Positions 11,034 to 24,196 of a stretch of DNA of 64,000 bases are shown here, in pieces (positions within the stretch are counted from its first letter, which is position 1; each line of letters begins with the position of its first letter). The translations under genes were made by a program, and so were the position numbers. Source of the DNA: Octopus vulgaris (lineage: Eukaryota). The notes under the pieces are model-generated. The model made no database searches. It worked only from the letters and a program-made list of their open reading frames with translations, and had not been told where the DNA came from. Location of the stretch: positions 10,354,001 through 10,418,000 of the forward strand of contig OX597815.1 in the NCBI GenBank assembly GCA_951406725.2, written 5' to 3'.

Positions 11034-11787
11034 TCTTAATATAAATGTGAGTGATGTTTCTCTGTCCGTTACGTTTTTATTTGTTAACTCCTCTTAGACC
11101 GTTGGCGCAAAGACAACGAAACTCAAATCAGAAACTCCCCTAATCCCAGGAAATGTCTTAAGAGGGGGCTCTATTTTTTTAAGGGCAGCCTAATTGGAGC
11201 CCCACTGACACCCCTATTTTTACTGCATTTTACACTAAATACATGGCATTGGCGACCAAATCGGAGCAATGACAATGGCTTTCATTCTATGAACACCAAG
11301 GGAATATCGCAAAGAGGTTCCATTTCTGAAGGGCCGCTTAAATAGGGCACCGCTGACCCCATTATTTTCATTGCATTTACCTTGCTCCTACGCTTATTGA
11401 TTACACTATGAGCCGCATCAGGGCTTAGCACATTTGCAGAAATGAGTTTCGTTACACTAGTGTAGAGGGCCGCGAAGCTGCTTGGTAGTGGGGCCGAAGA
11501 CCTTAATCCTTTAGCATTCAAACCGGCCATATCCGGCCAAATTAATACCCCAGATTTATATTGAAACTGAGCAGATCAGGCCTCTCACACCTACCCCATG
11601 ATGTCATTTTAAAACTAAACAATCACATAACTGAAATCTCTTAAACCACAAGATGATGGATGATTAATTCAGCACAATATAAATATACAAGCATCATTTT
11701 TGCCAGAATAATCTGGATACTAAAGGATTAAAGGTGCCCTCCGCAGGAGCTAGCCTGAAAGCCACCCGAAGGACGGCTTCAAGGCTA
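11034..11787 (+). mobile_element. Helitron/Helentron-like non-autonomous element
   Basis: Starts TCTTAATATAAATGTGAGTG directly after a CTAG; ends in the hairpin CTAGCCTGAAAGCC...GGCTTCAAGGCTAG|T. Continuity between the two ends is inferred. Confidence 0.45.
11507..11727. mobile_element. piggyBac-type MITE
   Basis: TTAA at 11503-11506 and 11728-11731; imperfect TIRs TCCTTTAGCATTCAAA and TCTGGATACTAAAGGA. Confidence 0.8.
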
Positions 11788-11871
11788 GTAACTTAAAATA
11801 CCAAGGGATGGTTGCTGCTGTATGAAGAAAAAAAAATCAAATATGTCTACTAACGCAATACAGTGAATCGA

Positions 11872-12258
11872 GGTGTGGAGGCGCAATGGCCCAGTGGTTA
11901 GGGCAGCGGACTCGCGGTCATAGGATCGCGGTTTCGATTCCCAGACCGGGCGTTGTGAGTGTTTATTGAGCGAAAACACCTAAAGCTCCACGAGGCTCCG
12001 GCAGGGGATGGTGGTGATCCCTGCTGTACTCTTTCACCACAACTTTCTCTCACTCTTACTTCCTGTTTCTGTTGTACCTGTATTTCAAAGGGCCGGCCTT
12101 CTCACTCTCTGTGTCACGCTGAATATCCCCGAGAACTATGTTAAGGGTACACGTGTCTGTGGAGTGCTCAGCTACTTACACGTTAATTTCACGAGCAGGC
12201 TGTTCCGTTGATTCGGATCAACCGGAACACTCGTCGTCGTAACCGACGGAGTGCTTCC
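11872..12258 (+). mobile_element. tRNA-derived SINE-B, full length
   Basis: A-box TGGCCCAGTGG, B-box-like GGTTTCGATTCC, A-rich tail; near-identical copy at 53557. Confidence 0.9.
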
Positions 12259-12747
12259 AAAAGGAGAAAAAAAAAAAAAAAAAAGTGAACTGAGGTATTT
12301 GAATTATTGAAGTTTTCCAACTTTCTACATTATGCTTACACCCACCTCACTAGTAAAAGATAGAAGAAGAGAGAAGACTAATCATGCCTGTAAGTAAATA
12401 CTTGCAGTGTGTCGTTTAGTGAAACGTGTTATTCATTTATTTATTTATTTATTTGGTTTTGGACTAATAATGTCTACAAAATTGGTTGTAGTTACAGAGT
12501 ATGTACACGAGTGCGTGCACGTGTGTGTATGTGTACGAATGTCAGTGTATGTATGTATGTATATATGTATGTATATATATCTAAATATATATGTCTTTCT
12601 CTCTATATATATGATAAATAAATACATACATTCACAAACAAACATACATATACAGATATATATACATGAATATATAGCATATATAAGCGTATATACATAT
12701 ATGAATAAATACATATACTTTTTTAGAAACACACACACACATACACA

Positions 12748-12820
<73 letters not shown>

Positions 12821-12978
12821 GTATACATGTGAGTGTGTGTGTGTGTGAGTATCTATGCACATATAGTTCGTTCCCGTGGTGCCTATGACGTCAAAGGAAC
12901 TGTCTGTTGCCAAAAGTTCATTAAGAAAAAACAGTCGTCACGAGTCCCAGACACATGCACAAAGCGAAAATCTACAAG

Positions 12979-13026
<48 letters not shown>

Positions 13027-13093
13027 ATAACACATGCAAAATTACTCATACTATTATATAGGCATATTTACATACACACATATATGCGTTTGT

Positions 13094-13134
<41 letters not shown>

Positions 13135-13194
13135 GTGTGTGTGTGTGTGTGTGTACGTGTGTATGTATATTTTATATGAAAAAACAAGTTTTGC

Positions 13195-13270
<76 letters not shown>

Positions 13271-13297
13271 GCCAGTATATATATATATATGTGTGTG

Positions 13298-13352
<55 letters not shown>

Positions 13353-13831
13353 CCCAGTAAAATATACGTGTGCATACATCATTCATCGTAACTATATACA
13401 ACTTTAGTATTGGTATATAGGCGTGCATATAATTAAGTGGGTATGTGTATTTATATGCATCGGGCTAAGTGTGTACCTCTCTGAATATGTATACAAGATG
13501 CAAATAACGTTGCAATATCTCCATCTTGACCCGACCTCGAATGCTGACAATCAAGCCTCATTATGGCAGCACCGCACGTGGTTCTTAATATTGGAAGCCA
13601 TGACGTCGAAAAGTGTGCGTGGAACGAATGGCCACGCTTAATTATCGATTGCCACTCCATTTTACGAAGTGACATATTTAATTAAAAAGTATTATAAACA
13701 AACAAACAAACAAATAATAAAAAGCGTTTGATATAAAAGAAACAAAAAACGTGTTTGATATTGAATGGAATCGATGGAGAGCGAACGAGAGCGAGAGACG
13801 AAGAGAGAGAAAGAAAGAGGTGTAGAGATAA

Positions 13832-13918
<87 letters not shown>

Positions 13919-14207
13919 GAGAGGATCGGGTTTCGATATGAAAATAAGAAGTAATAATTATAAAAATATAGGGAACAATATGAATCGTGTGACAATGGTG
14001 TCTCGTGTTTGTACCACTGCTGAACTTAAAAAAAGTTCCATTGTTTTGGTGAAACGGAATATAGTGATAGAATGCAAGTGCACGAAGATACATGTTTGTG
14101 AAAATGTGTGTCAATGTAGATGTGTATGATGCTTAGGCGCGCGTATATATGCGGTGGCATGCTAGTATTAGTTTTACATAGGTGTGTGGGCGAGTATGTA
14201 GATGAAA

Positions 14208-14580
14208 TCTTTATATATAAAACTGTAGTTGTGTGAGTGTCTGTCTCCTACGATTTAGATTCCTAACTACTCCCACATTTTGCGGTGCAGTTTAACCCAA
14301 ACCGGGTATCTAATTGTCGTGATTCACATCGAGCCCTTCTGGGTATTAGTGCGCGTCTACGATGAGTCTACGATTTAAAAAAAATTTACCATAATTTTTT
14401 CCCATTTTAATGCATTTTTTCGCTATTATATAAGAGAAGTAACTCTCTAAAAATGTCTACGATGAGTCAACGATTTAAAAAAAAATTTACCATGATTTTT
14501 TTTCCATTTTTATAACTCTCTAAAATGCTTATATAGTTATTTCCCTTACAAACCCGAGCAACGCCGGGCGATACTGCTAG
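14208..14580 (+). mobile_element. Non-autonomous Helitron, copy 1
   Basis: A|TC start, subterminal hairpin CCCGAGCAACGCCGGG, CTAG|T end, no TSD; four copies in the window. Confidence 0.88.
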
Positions 14581-14970
14581 TTATATATAAAAGTGTAGTT
14601 GTGTGTCTGTCTCCTACGATTTAGATTCCTAACTACTCCCACATTTTGCGGTGCAGTGTAACCAAAAGCGGGTATCTTATAGTCGTGATTCATATCGAGC
14701 CCTTCTGGGCATTAGCGCGCGTCTACGATGAGTCTACGATTTAAAAAAAAATTACCATCAATTTTCCCCATTTTTAATGCATTTTTGGCATATATAAGGG
14801 AAGTAACTCTCTAAAAGTTTATTATTAAATCTCAGACGTAAAAAGCTACAGTAACACCCCTCCCCTTTGTGGTTAGCCATATTGCGATGGCTATTATACT
14901 TTACATCTCTAAAAATGCTTATATAGTTATTTCCCTTACAAACCCGAGCAACGCCGGGCGATACTGCTAG
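14581..14970 (+). mobile_element. Non-autonomous Helitron, copy 2 (head-to-tail with copy 1)
   Basis: Same 5' body (missing the first TCT), a different internal block at ~14815-14900, and an identical hairpin plus CTAG|T. Confidence 0.85.
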
Positions 14971-15629
14971 TTCTATATAAATAAGTCCGAATAAAAAAAA
15001 GTTAATGCTTGAGCGATAGTGTGTTTGCTTATATGTGTATATGAGTGATTGTCTTGTTGAGTGTGTATGTAGTTGTGTCCGTGTGTGTGGTGTAGGTGTG
15101 ACAAATATTTCTGTTTCATAATGGCAGTGTCTGGACAATAACCGAAACACTAATAGACGAGGAAAAACAATGGATATTATCATCGTTTTGCATTTTCAGT
15201 TGGAGTTCATTTCTCATAAAGAATAACTAATGAATGACTAAATTAAAAGGAAACGTACTTTCTAGTTGACAAGATTTCACGATTAAGAAGATTAATTCCA
15301 AATAGACATACTTTGTGAAGACCAACTATATCAATGGACAGTTTTTTTTTAATCACAGATATCAAACTACGGGAGTTTATTGTTTTCGATGAGCTTTGCA
15401 AACGACATGCATTTCAAAACTTCATTATGATCGAACCAAATATATTAATTTAATGAATGAGCAATGGAGAAAGTGCACAACATATCTTGGATTACGCTTC
15501 ATGAAAACGGAGGATGTAGACAGAGGAGGAGGAGGAGGAGGAGGAGGAGGAGAAGGGGAAGAAGACTTTGAATGTAAGTGTATGCGTAGGTGTTTTTGTT
15601 TGTGGCAGGTTGTGACAATTGTAGGTATT

Positions 15630-16768
15630 TTATTTTTAACTACCCACAAGGGGCTAAACACAGAGAGGACAAACAAGGACAGACAAACGGATTAAGTCGA
15701 TTACATCGACCCCAGTGCGTAACTGGTACTTAATTTATCGACCCCGAAAGGATGAAAGGCAAAGTCGACCTCGGCGGAATTTGAACTCAGAACGTAGCGG
15801 CAGACGAAATACCTATTTCTTTACTACCCACAAGGGGCTAAACACAGAGAGGACAAACAAGGACACACAAACGAATTAAGTCGATTATATCGACCTCAAT
15901 GCATAACTGGTACTTATTTAATCGACCCCGAAAGGATGAAAGGTAAAGTCGACCTCGGCGGAATTTGAACTTAGAACGTAACGGCAGACGAAATACCTAT
16001 TTCTTTACTACCCATAAGGGGCTAAACACAGAGAGGACAAACAAGGACAGACAAACGAATTAAGTCAATTATATCGACCCCAATGCATAACTGGTACTTA
16101 TTTATCGACCCCGAAAGGATGAAGGGTAAAGTCGACCTCGGCGGAATTTGAACTCAGAACGTAACGGCAGACGAAATACCTATTTCTTTACTACCCACAA
16201 GGGGCTAAACAAAGAGAGGACAAACAAGGACAGACAAACGGATTAAGTCGATTATATCGACCCCAGTGCGTAACTGGTACTTAATTTATCGACCCCGAAA
16301 GGATGAAAGGCAAAGTCAACCTCGGCGGAATTTGAACTGAGAACGTAACGGCAGACGAAATACCTATTTCTTTACTACCCATAAGGGGCTAAACACAGAG
16401 AGGACAAACAAGGACAGACAAACGAATTAAGTCAATTATATCGACCCCAATGCATAACTGGTACTTATTTATCGACCCCGAAAGGATTAAGGGTAAAGTC
16501 GACCTCGGCGGAATTTGAACTCAGAACGTAGCGGCAGACGAAATACCTATTTCTTTACTACTAAACACAGAGAGGACAAACAAGGACAGACAAACGAATT
16601 AAGTCGATTATATCGACCCCAGTGCGTAACTGGTACTTAATTTATCGACCCCGAAAGGATGAAAGGCAAAGTCAACCTCGGCGGAATTTGAACTCACAAC
16701 GTAACGACAGGCGAAATACCGCGAAGCATTTCATCCGGCGCGCTAACATATCTGCCAGCTCGCCGTCT
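15630..16768 (-). repeat. SINE-C tandem array: one head plus six ~183-bp body/tail units
   Basis: ACCTATTTCTTTACTAC junctions near 15811, 15995, 16178, 16362 and 16545; single head at ~16720-16768. Confidence 0.92.
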
Positions 16769-17477
16769 TTTTGAGATTGTAGTGTACAGGTCTGTGAATC
16801 TTTAGTGAATGATGTCATCGCGGAAAAACTGCAACATGGCTGTTACTTGAGCTTTGTAGAAGTTTATCAACTGATGAAAAATGTATTTTCTGGTCCCACT
16901 GAGAAATCCTAAGCTTTGTGAGAACAAATATGGGTTAGAAATATTTGATGATAGATCTGCAACTTAGAAGAAGAATTAAATGAATGGTTTGTGATGTTGT
17001 ATAGCTCCAAGCTGGTACTGTTCGAGTTGTGAGATTAAAAACACTCCAGACGTAGCCACTGTCATCATTTTAAATGCTCCTTTTACATATAATATACCTC
17101 GGTCTACATTATCCAGAGTGTTCTTTGTAATAGGTAAGTTGTGGCTTGAAGGTCATTTGGCTGCTGTCAAGTGTGGTATGAGGAAGATTTGAGTGCTATT
17201 CTCGTGGGTCTGGTATACGACATTGAAACACCCCCCCAGAGTCAAAGAAATAATAAAAGGAGTGGAAAATAGCTTTGGAATAGTGGTTTGGAAGTAGTTC
17301 TTAGGGATTTGGTCTAGATTAGAACTATAGACCGAGTCACAGGTTAAAAATTAGTTCTAGCTTTGGTTTAGGAGTGAAAAATCGGATTATTCAAAAGAAA
17401 CTGCACAAAGGATGAATGGCGAATGATACATTATAATTTCATAATTTTTCCCATCTCAGCACTTGCTTTTTTTCTTG

Positions 17478-17660
17478 TCTTCTTTCCGTCATTGGACTGC
17501 GGCCATGCTTGAGCACCGCCTTGAAGAGTTTAGTCGAAGAAATCGATTCCAGTGCTTCTTTTTAATTTTGGTACTTATTCGGTCTCTTCTTTTGCCGAAG
17601 GGCTGAGTTACAGGGTCGTAAACAAACCAACACCAGCTGTCAAGCGGCACAGGTGTACAA
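17478..17660 (-). mobile_element. SINE-A 3' half, decayed
   Basis: GTCATTGGACTGCGGCCATGCT..AGCACCGCC and TTTTGCCGAA motifs. Confidence 0.7.
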
Positions 17661-18294
17661 ATACATATATATATATATAATACTTACATGTTAGCATTTG
17701 AAAGATAAGATGCTCATACATTAAATAAATTTAAACATTAGATGTTTTCAAATACATTTTCACACTCACATCTTTGTTGTTGAAGGCGTGACGTTAGTAG
17801 CTTACAAATAATATAGAAGTTGAGGTGATATCTAAAAGATTTAGATTCATATGTGTGTGTGTGTGTGTGTATTCAAAAATAGATATACACGCTAATATCT
17901 AACAGTGAAAATGAGTGCTCAACACCGCATTGGTAGAGAAAATTTTATATATCTGTGGGTTATCAAAGCTAATATTGATTTTATGCAAAAAGAACTCGTT
18001 CAACAATTATCCAACCTGCCACATGGGACCGTTGATACGCGTCGTCATCATGAATGAGAATACAGGAAGATACACGAGACTATACAGGATTTTAGGATAA
18101 ATAAATATACAGATCATTGTTGTCTCCTTCCACTTTTCATTAACCCTGGCTTCTTTATAATGAACTGCGTTCACTATGGATTGATTAATTCGTTAATTAT
18201 TTTATGTGAGAACGCCCGTGCACATCCGGTTTGTAGATATAAAAACAAATACACTCCTATGTGTACATGCACATCCATACAGAATATGTGTGTG

Positions 18295-18552
<258 letters not shown>

Positions 18553-18681
18553 ACATTTGCATTACGTATTTTGTTTGTGTTAAAGTATGTGCAGATAAGT
18601 ATGGAGTTTTGCAAATTATGACGCCAAAATAAGTATATATATATATACACACACACACACACATATATATATACATATATA

Positions 18682-19000
18682 TCGTATATAATAAAGCTCA
18701 ACGTCTGTGTGTCTGTACATCTATAGGAAGAAAGGGAATAGAAGATACATAAAAACAAAGTATGTGTTCTCATGAAAAATTTTACGAGAAAGACGATGAG
18801 CTACATAAAATTTACTTTCCATTGCGATTAGGGGGCTTAAAGGGGAGCAGACACCCCCCCTGTGAAATTTCAAATACCTCCGATTTCAATGAAAATAAAC
18901 ATAACTACCAGGTACTGAATAAAGACGGTTTCCAAAATTTCACCATCTTACAATATCATTTAAATCCCCTTTGAAAGTGCAAATGCATCCACTTTTCATG
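18682..19000 (+). mobile_element. Possible Helitron/Helentron-like 5' fragment
   Basis: A|TCGTATATAATAAAGCTCAACGTCTGTGTGTCTGT resembles the starts of the other rolling-circle elements here; no 3' end identified. Confidence 0.3.
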
Positions 19001-19317
19001 GAAGATACATAGAATTTAACTATGTGTTATTGGAATAAGTGTACTACAAAACTTCAACAATGCATATCTCATTATAGACTTTGCAACGTAATTTTATGCA
19101 TGAGAAAAGGAATATTTCAATAAGCAACACATACTTAGCTTACCATATCACCGTCAATCCGAACACCTGACTCATCAGTTGAGCGTAAACCAATACAACG
19201 ATCGACAGTGAGTAGTTCTGTGTCTAAAGAATGTATAATTTTATTAAAAAAAAGCTGTTTTTTTAAATCCATGTTTGACTTTATTTTGTCATGTTTCACC
19301 TACATGCAATCAGAAAT

Positions 19318-19452
<135 letters not shown>

Positions 19453-19666
19453 TAATATAGGATAGAAATTTTCGAAAAAAATTCTATCAATGGCCAGCAT
19501 ATTAAAAATACATTTAAAGGTTAAGTTGTATATATATATATATTATATATCACGTGATCACGTGACCGACCAGACCATCGGATGTTGTTACACATCGCTG
19601 GTCACAATGCGTTCGCATTGTTTTAGCCTTTGAATGACGCCACCTCGCTGGCTAAGCGAGCAGGCC

Positions 19667-20426
19667 ATGAGCTTATAGAACTTGTGTTAACATTATACAG
19701 AATACACATATAGTGTATCCTTTCTTTTGCAGTCTCCCACGTGAAAACTTCGAATCTAATGTAGACGATGAAAAGACATGCTGTTCTTGTTATCTTAGCT
19801 GTTACAGTGAATCTAAGACAATAACCGTTTTAAATGTCACCAGGTCCTCCGTGTTTAAGACCAGAAAAGAGCTTCTGGGCTCTGGCGGGAATGTGGCTTC
19901 CGTTGCCAGATGAAAAAGAAAAAAGAAACTTTCCCGACGGTCAGATTTTCTCAGAAAAGTCGAGTTGGTCCAGGAAGTCCTGTACATCATCAACGAGAAT
20001 CATGAGAGCCACGCCATGCCTCCTCACTTTTTCCCACAAGGTCTTAGAATCGATGCTCCGGATAAAGTTGCTCGGGGAGAAGGCCGTACATTTCCATTCA
20101 AGACTGCTCCCTCTCACACAACCCGTACGAACCAGGAGTAGACGGCCGAGGATTTCCATGATCAGTTTACCCCTAGCATTTCACCTCCTTGCTCTCCTGG
20201 TTTAGACCCCTGGACTACAACATCTGGGGCGTCGTTGAGAGGGAGATCATCAAACACTCCCACAATACCAAGGACTCATTGATGCTACGGGAGACGTTAT
20301 GGCCAACATGAATAAAAATCGCCTGTTAGTCGTTTCAAAAGCTGCATTGAGGCAGTGATCGATGACGATGGTGGTTTTATTGACTAGTCTTTTGCTGAGT
20401 GTATGCAGAAATATGTATACCAAATT

Positions 20427-20431
<5 letters not shown>
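19667..20431 (+). mobile_element. Internally deleted Tc1/mariner-superfamily (maT/DD37D-like) transposon remnant, copy 1
   Basis: N-terminal NVTRSSVFKTRKEL and C-terminal APSHT.RT.QE...FHDQFTPSISPPCSPGLDPLDYNIWGVVERE..KHSHNTKDSL...IEAVIDDDGGFID (SPDLNPLDY-type motif), with frameshifts and stops. Confidence 0.8.
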
Positions 20432-20467
<36 letters not shown>

Positions 20468-20472
<5 letters not shown>

Positions 20473-21469
20473 GGTGCTTCTAGTGTAGGGAGTAAGAAAA
20501 ACCTTTTCACATTCACCCCTAATGGTAAAACTCGAAATATTGTCTATAAGGAAGTTTTTTTCTGAGCAATTAACAAACTAATAATTGTACATTGTTAAAT
20601 ATATTTATAAAGAGATTCACAAAGCCAAACCCTGATAATATGAAAAACGATTTCTATGTCGTTTTGTTTTTTACATATAATAGTATCTTTTTGTATAATC
20701 TTTAGGGTTATGAATAACCCATTAGTAAAATCCTTCCATTATCATATTGGAGATCAATTAGAACCTATGTAATGTTTTTTCTTGAAACTCTTCATATATC
20801 ATCATGTTTCAGAGTTTTAATTATTTCTCATTTTCCATTTGTAATTGCTTTACTTTCTTTATTTTTAAAAACCTATTTATATATTTATGCAACCATGTCC
20901 TTGGTACAAAGTTTGCCAGATTCATATTTGATTTGTTAAGCATCAAAAATAGTTATAATGAGGATGTTACATTACTATGATAATACATGTTTAATTGCTA
21001 GTGTTTGTTGTGATTCTTGAATAAACAGTGCAATATGTAGTCTTTATAATTTTCCTCAAGCTCTTATTTACTTGCATTCTATATGCAAAAGCCGCAGTCT
21101 ATGAGATGGTTGCTTCAATTTATAAATCAGAATATTGAGATAAAGAATAAGAAGTTTGTACGCAACCATGATTATATCTGGTTAATGTAAGAACCTCTTT
21201 TACACAAAAACTGGCATTCTTTTCTTTTGAATTATAAGAATGCATAGAAATTTATCATCTACATGATTGGGAACAATATTTTTTTAAGGATAAACGAGTA
21301 TTGAGTTCAATAGTATTTTAGACTATATTATAACTTTTTGGACCGAAGCTTCGCAATAAGAGCTTGCGGTTATTCCGCTACAAAATATTCAATAATATCG
21401 AAGCAGTAACTTTCATAAACCAGGGTATAATTTCTCTCCGAACCCAGTTAACGACGGGAATTCCTGCAA

Positions 21470-21470
<1 letters not shown>
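20468..21470 (+). mobile_element. Autonomous-type Helitron 3' remnant (PIF1 helicase C-terminus, 3' UTR, terminal hairpin)
   Basis: YVGASSVGSKKNLFTFTPNGKTRNIVYKEVF matches the Rep/Hel end YVA.SRV...L.......T.NIVY.E. Hairpin CCCAGTTAACGACGGG and a CAAG|T end (CTAG variant) at 21470. Confidence 0.7.
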
Positions 21471-21504
<34 letters not shown>

Positions 21505-21506
<2 letters not shown>

Positions 21507-21914
21507 ATCCTGGAAGGAATTGTGCCAAATTTTGGCATTGTAAGCTACACCAATGCTAGAATGGGACGACACTGCATAGTGCCAAAGATCCCAGCAATGC
21601 CATCACGCTTCAGGATCAGCTTCTGCAACAGCCTGGGTTTCAAGGGCCCACAGCTTTTTAATATTCTCCCAAAGAGTCTGAGGAACTTGCACAAAGTAGA
21701 TGTAGCGGTTTTTAAATCAAAGCTGGACATCTTCCTGTCAAGAGTCCCAGATGAACCTACCTCACGGCAAGAGGTGCAAATGAGAGTAGCTATATGAAAC
21801 TCCATTCTTCACCAAGTGCCACATATCAGATGAGGTTCTTCGTAATAACAGTGTAGCACAAAACGGCGGTGCATCAGCATGGCCGCAGCTCTGAGCTGAA
21901 ACTAGAGGAAAAAA

Positions 21915-21915
<1 letters not shown>
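21505..21915 (+). mobile_element. CR1/L2-group LINE 3' remnant with 3' UTR
   Basis: ORF 21522-21797 ...SLGFKGPQLFNILPKSLRNL...FKSKLDIFLSRVPDEP; its tail is homologous to the SINE-A tail. Confidence 0.8.
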
Positions 21916-21975
<60 letters not shown>

Positions 21976-22326
21976 CATACATACATACATACATGCATAC
22001 ATACATACATATATATATACATACATACGTACATACATACATACATGCATATATATATATATATATATATATGAGAAAATAAGTTGGAGAGAAAGTGGAT
22101 GTATGAATAATTTATTTGTATGACATAAAAAAGTTGAAAAGTTTTTTTTTCAAACATAACAATACAAATAAATTAATTATAAGTTGAAAAGCTAAAAAAA
22201 CCTGAAAAACCTGCATATATGTTTCAGTACTATCTCCTAGTTGAAATGGAATTCTACACATTTGGTAAATACAAAAAAAAGGTATCATTTTTTTAACTAT
22301 ATAGGGTAGTACCTCTTAGGGCTATT

Positions 22327-22925
22327 ATGAGCTTATAGAACTTAGGTTAACATTATACAGAATACACATATAGTGTATCCTTTCTTTTGCAGTCTCCCAC
22401 GTGAAAGCTTCGAATCTAATGTAGACGATGAAAAAGCATGCTCTTCTTGTTACCTTAGCTGCTACAGTGAATCTAAGACTATAACCGTTTTAAATGTCAC
22501 CAGGTCCTCTGTGTTTAAGATCAGAAAAGAGCTTCTGGGCTCTGGCGGGAATGTGGCTTCCGTGACCAAATGAAAAAAAACAAAACTTTCCCGACGATCA
22601 GATTTTCTCAGAAAAGTCGAGTTGGTCCAGAAAATCCAATGCATCCTCTACGAGAATCATGAGAACCACGCCATGCCTCCACTCTTTTCCCCACAAGGTC
22701 TTAGAATCGATGCTCCGGATAAAGTTGCTCGGGGAGAAGGCCGTACATTTCCATTCAAGACTGCTCCCTCTCACACAACCCGTACGAGCCAGGAGGAGAC
22801 GGCCGAGGATTTCCATGATCAGTTTACCCCTAGCATTTCACCTCCTTGCTCTCCTGGTTTAACCCCTGGACTACTACATCTGGGACGTCGTTGAGAGGGA
22901 GATCATCAAACACTCCCACAATACC
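22327..22925 (+). mobile_element. maT/DD37D-like transposon remnant, copy 2
   Basis: Near-identical direct copy of 19667-20269; the 3' flank AGAAATATGTATACCAAATTCTATA resumes at ~23198. Confidence 0.8.
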
Positions 22926-23185
22926 TATTTCTTTATTACCCACAAGGAGCTAAACACAGAGGGGACAAACAAGGACAGACATAGGTATTAAGCCGATTAC
23001 ATCGACCCCAGTGCGTAACTGGTACTTATTTAATCGACCCCGAAAGGATGAAAGGCAAAGTCGACCTCGGCGGAATTTGAACTCAGAACGTAGCCTCAGA
23101 CGAAATACCTATTTCTTTACTACCCACAAGGGGCTAAACACAGAGAGGACAAACAAGGACAGAAAAACGGATTAAGTCGATTACA
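22926..23185 (-). mobile_element. SINE-C, about 1.4 tandem units, no head
   Basis: Same unit as the 15630-16768 array. Confidence 0.9.
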
Positions 23186-23459
23186 TATCGTATACCAAGA
23201 AATATGTATACCAAATTCTATAGAAATACATTCATCTTTCTAGTAAATATTTTTATTTTCCTTGTACTAGAATTTTGTTCAGAAATAGCTGATGCGTTCA
23301 CTAGATGTACGTGTGTGTGCGCGCGGCTGAGCAGGTACATATGTATCCGTATATATTTGTGTGTATATGTGCATACTTTAACGCATATGTACATGTGAGT
23401 ACATTTAAAGAGAAATATGTATGTATAGGTAAGTGAATGTCAATGTGAATACATAGGTA

Positions 23460-23474
23460 CACACACACACACAC

Positions 23475-23507
<33 letters not shown>

Positions 23508-23508
23508 C

Positions 23509-23571
<63 letters not shown>

Positions 23572-23613
23572 CATCTATCTTTCTGTCTATCTATCTTTCT
23601 GTCTGTCTGTCTA

Positions 23614-23692
<79 letters not shown>

Positions 23693-23697
23693 GTCTG

Positions 23698-23740
<43 letters not shown>

Positions 23741-23772
23741 GTCTGTCTGTCTGTCTGTCTGTCTATCCATCC

Positions 23773-23856
<84 letters not shown>

Positions 23857-23880
23857 GTCTATCTATCTATATATATATAT
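23460..23880. repeat. (CA)(TA) then long (TCTA)n/(TCTG)n microsatellite
   Basis: Directly visible. Confidence 0.95.
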
Positions 23881-24131
23881 GTATGCATATGCATGCCTGT
23901 TTATCTCTCTGTCTCCGTTACTGTCGTCCAGCTGGATAGAAAGGCTGCTGTGCAACAAAGGATTCAATACATTATAGATGAGAACGAGTATTGGTTTATT
24001 CATGATATTGACCTAAACAGCTTATAGCCATTTTATAGTATTAGCATCTAATCGGAGGTCGATATTATCGACCTCCGATTAGATCCGCGTTGTTGAAGGT
24101 CATTGCATAAATAAATAAATATATATATATG

Positions 24132-24196
<65 letters not shown>

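Noticed and set aside
11872-11950. Functional tRNA genes in the SINE heads (also 34400-34473, 35886, 53557)
   Set aside because: No complete acceptor stem or T-terminator; each continues into a SINE body and several have TSDs.
15630-16768. CRISPR array or hammerhead retrozyme array
   Set aside because: No unique spacers, units are ~183 bp, there are no cas genes, and I found no CTGANGA...GAAA core in the unit on either strand.
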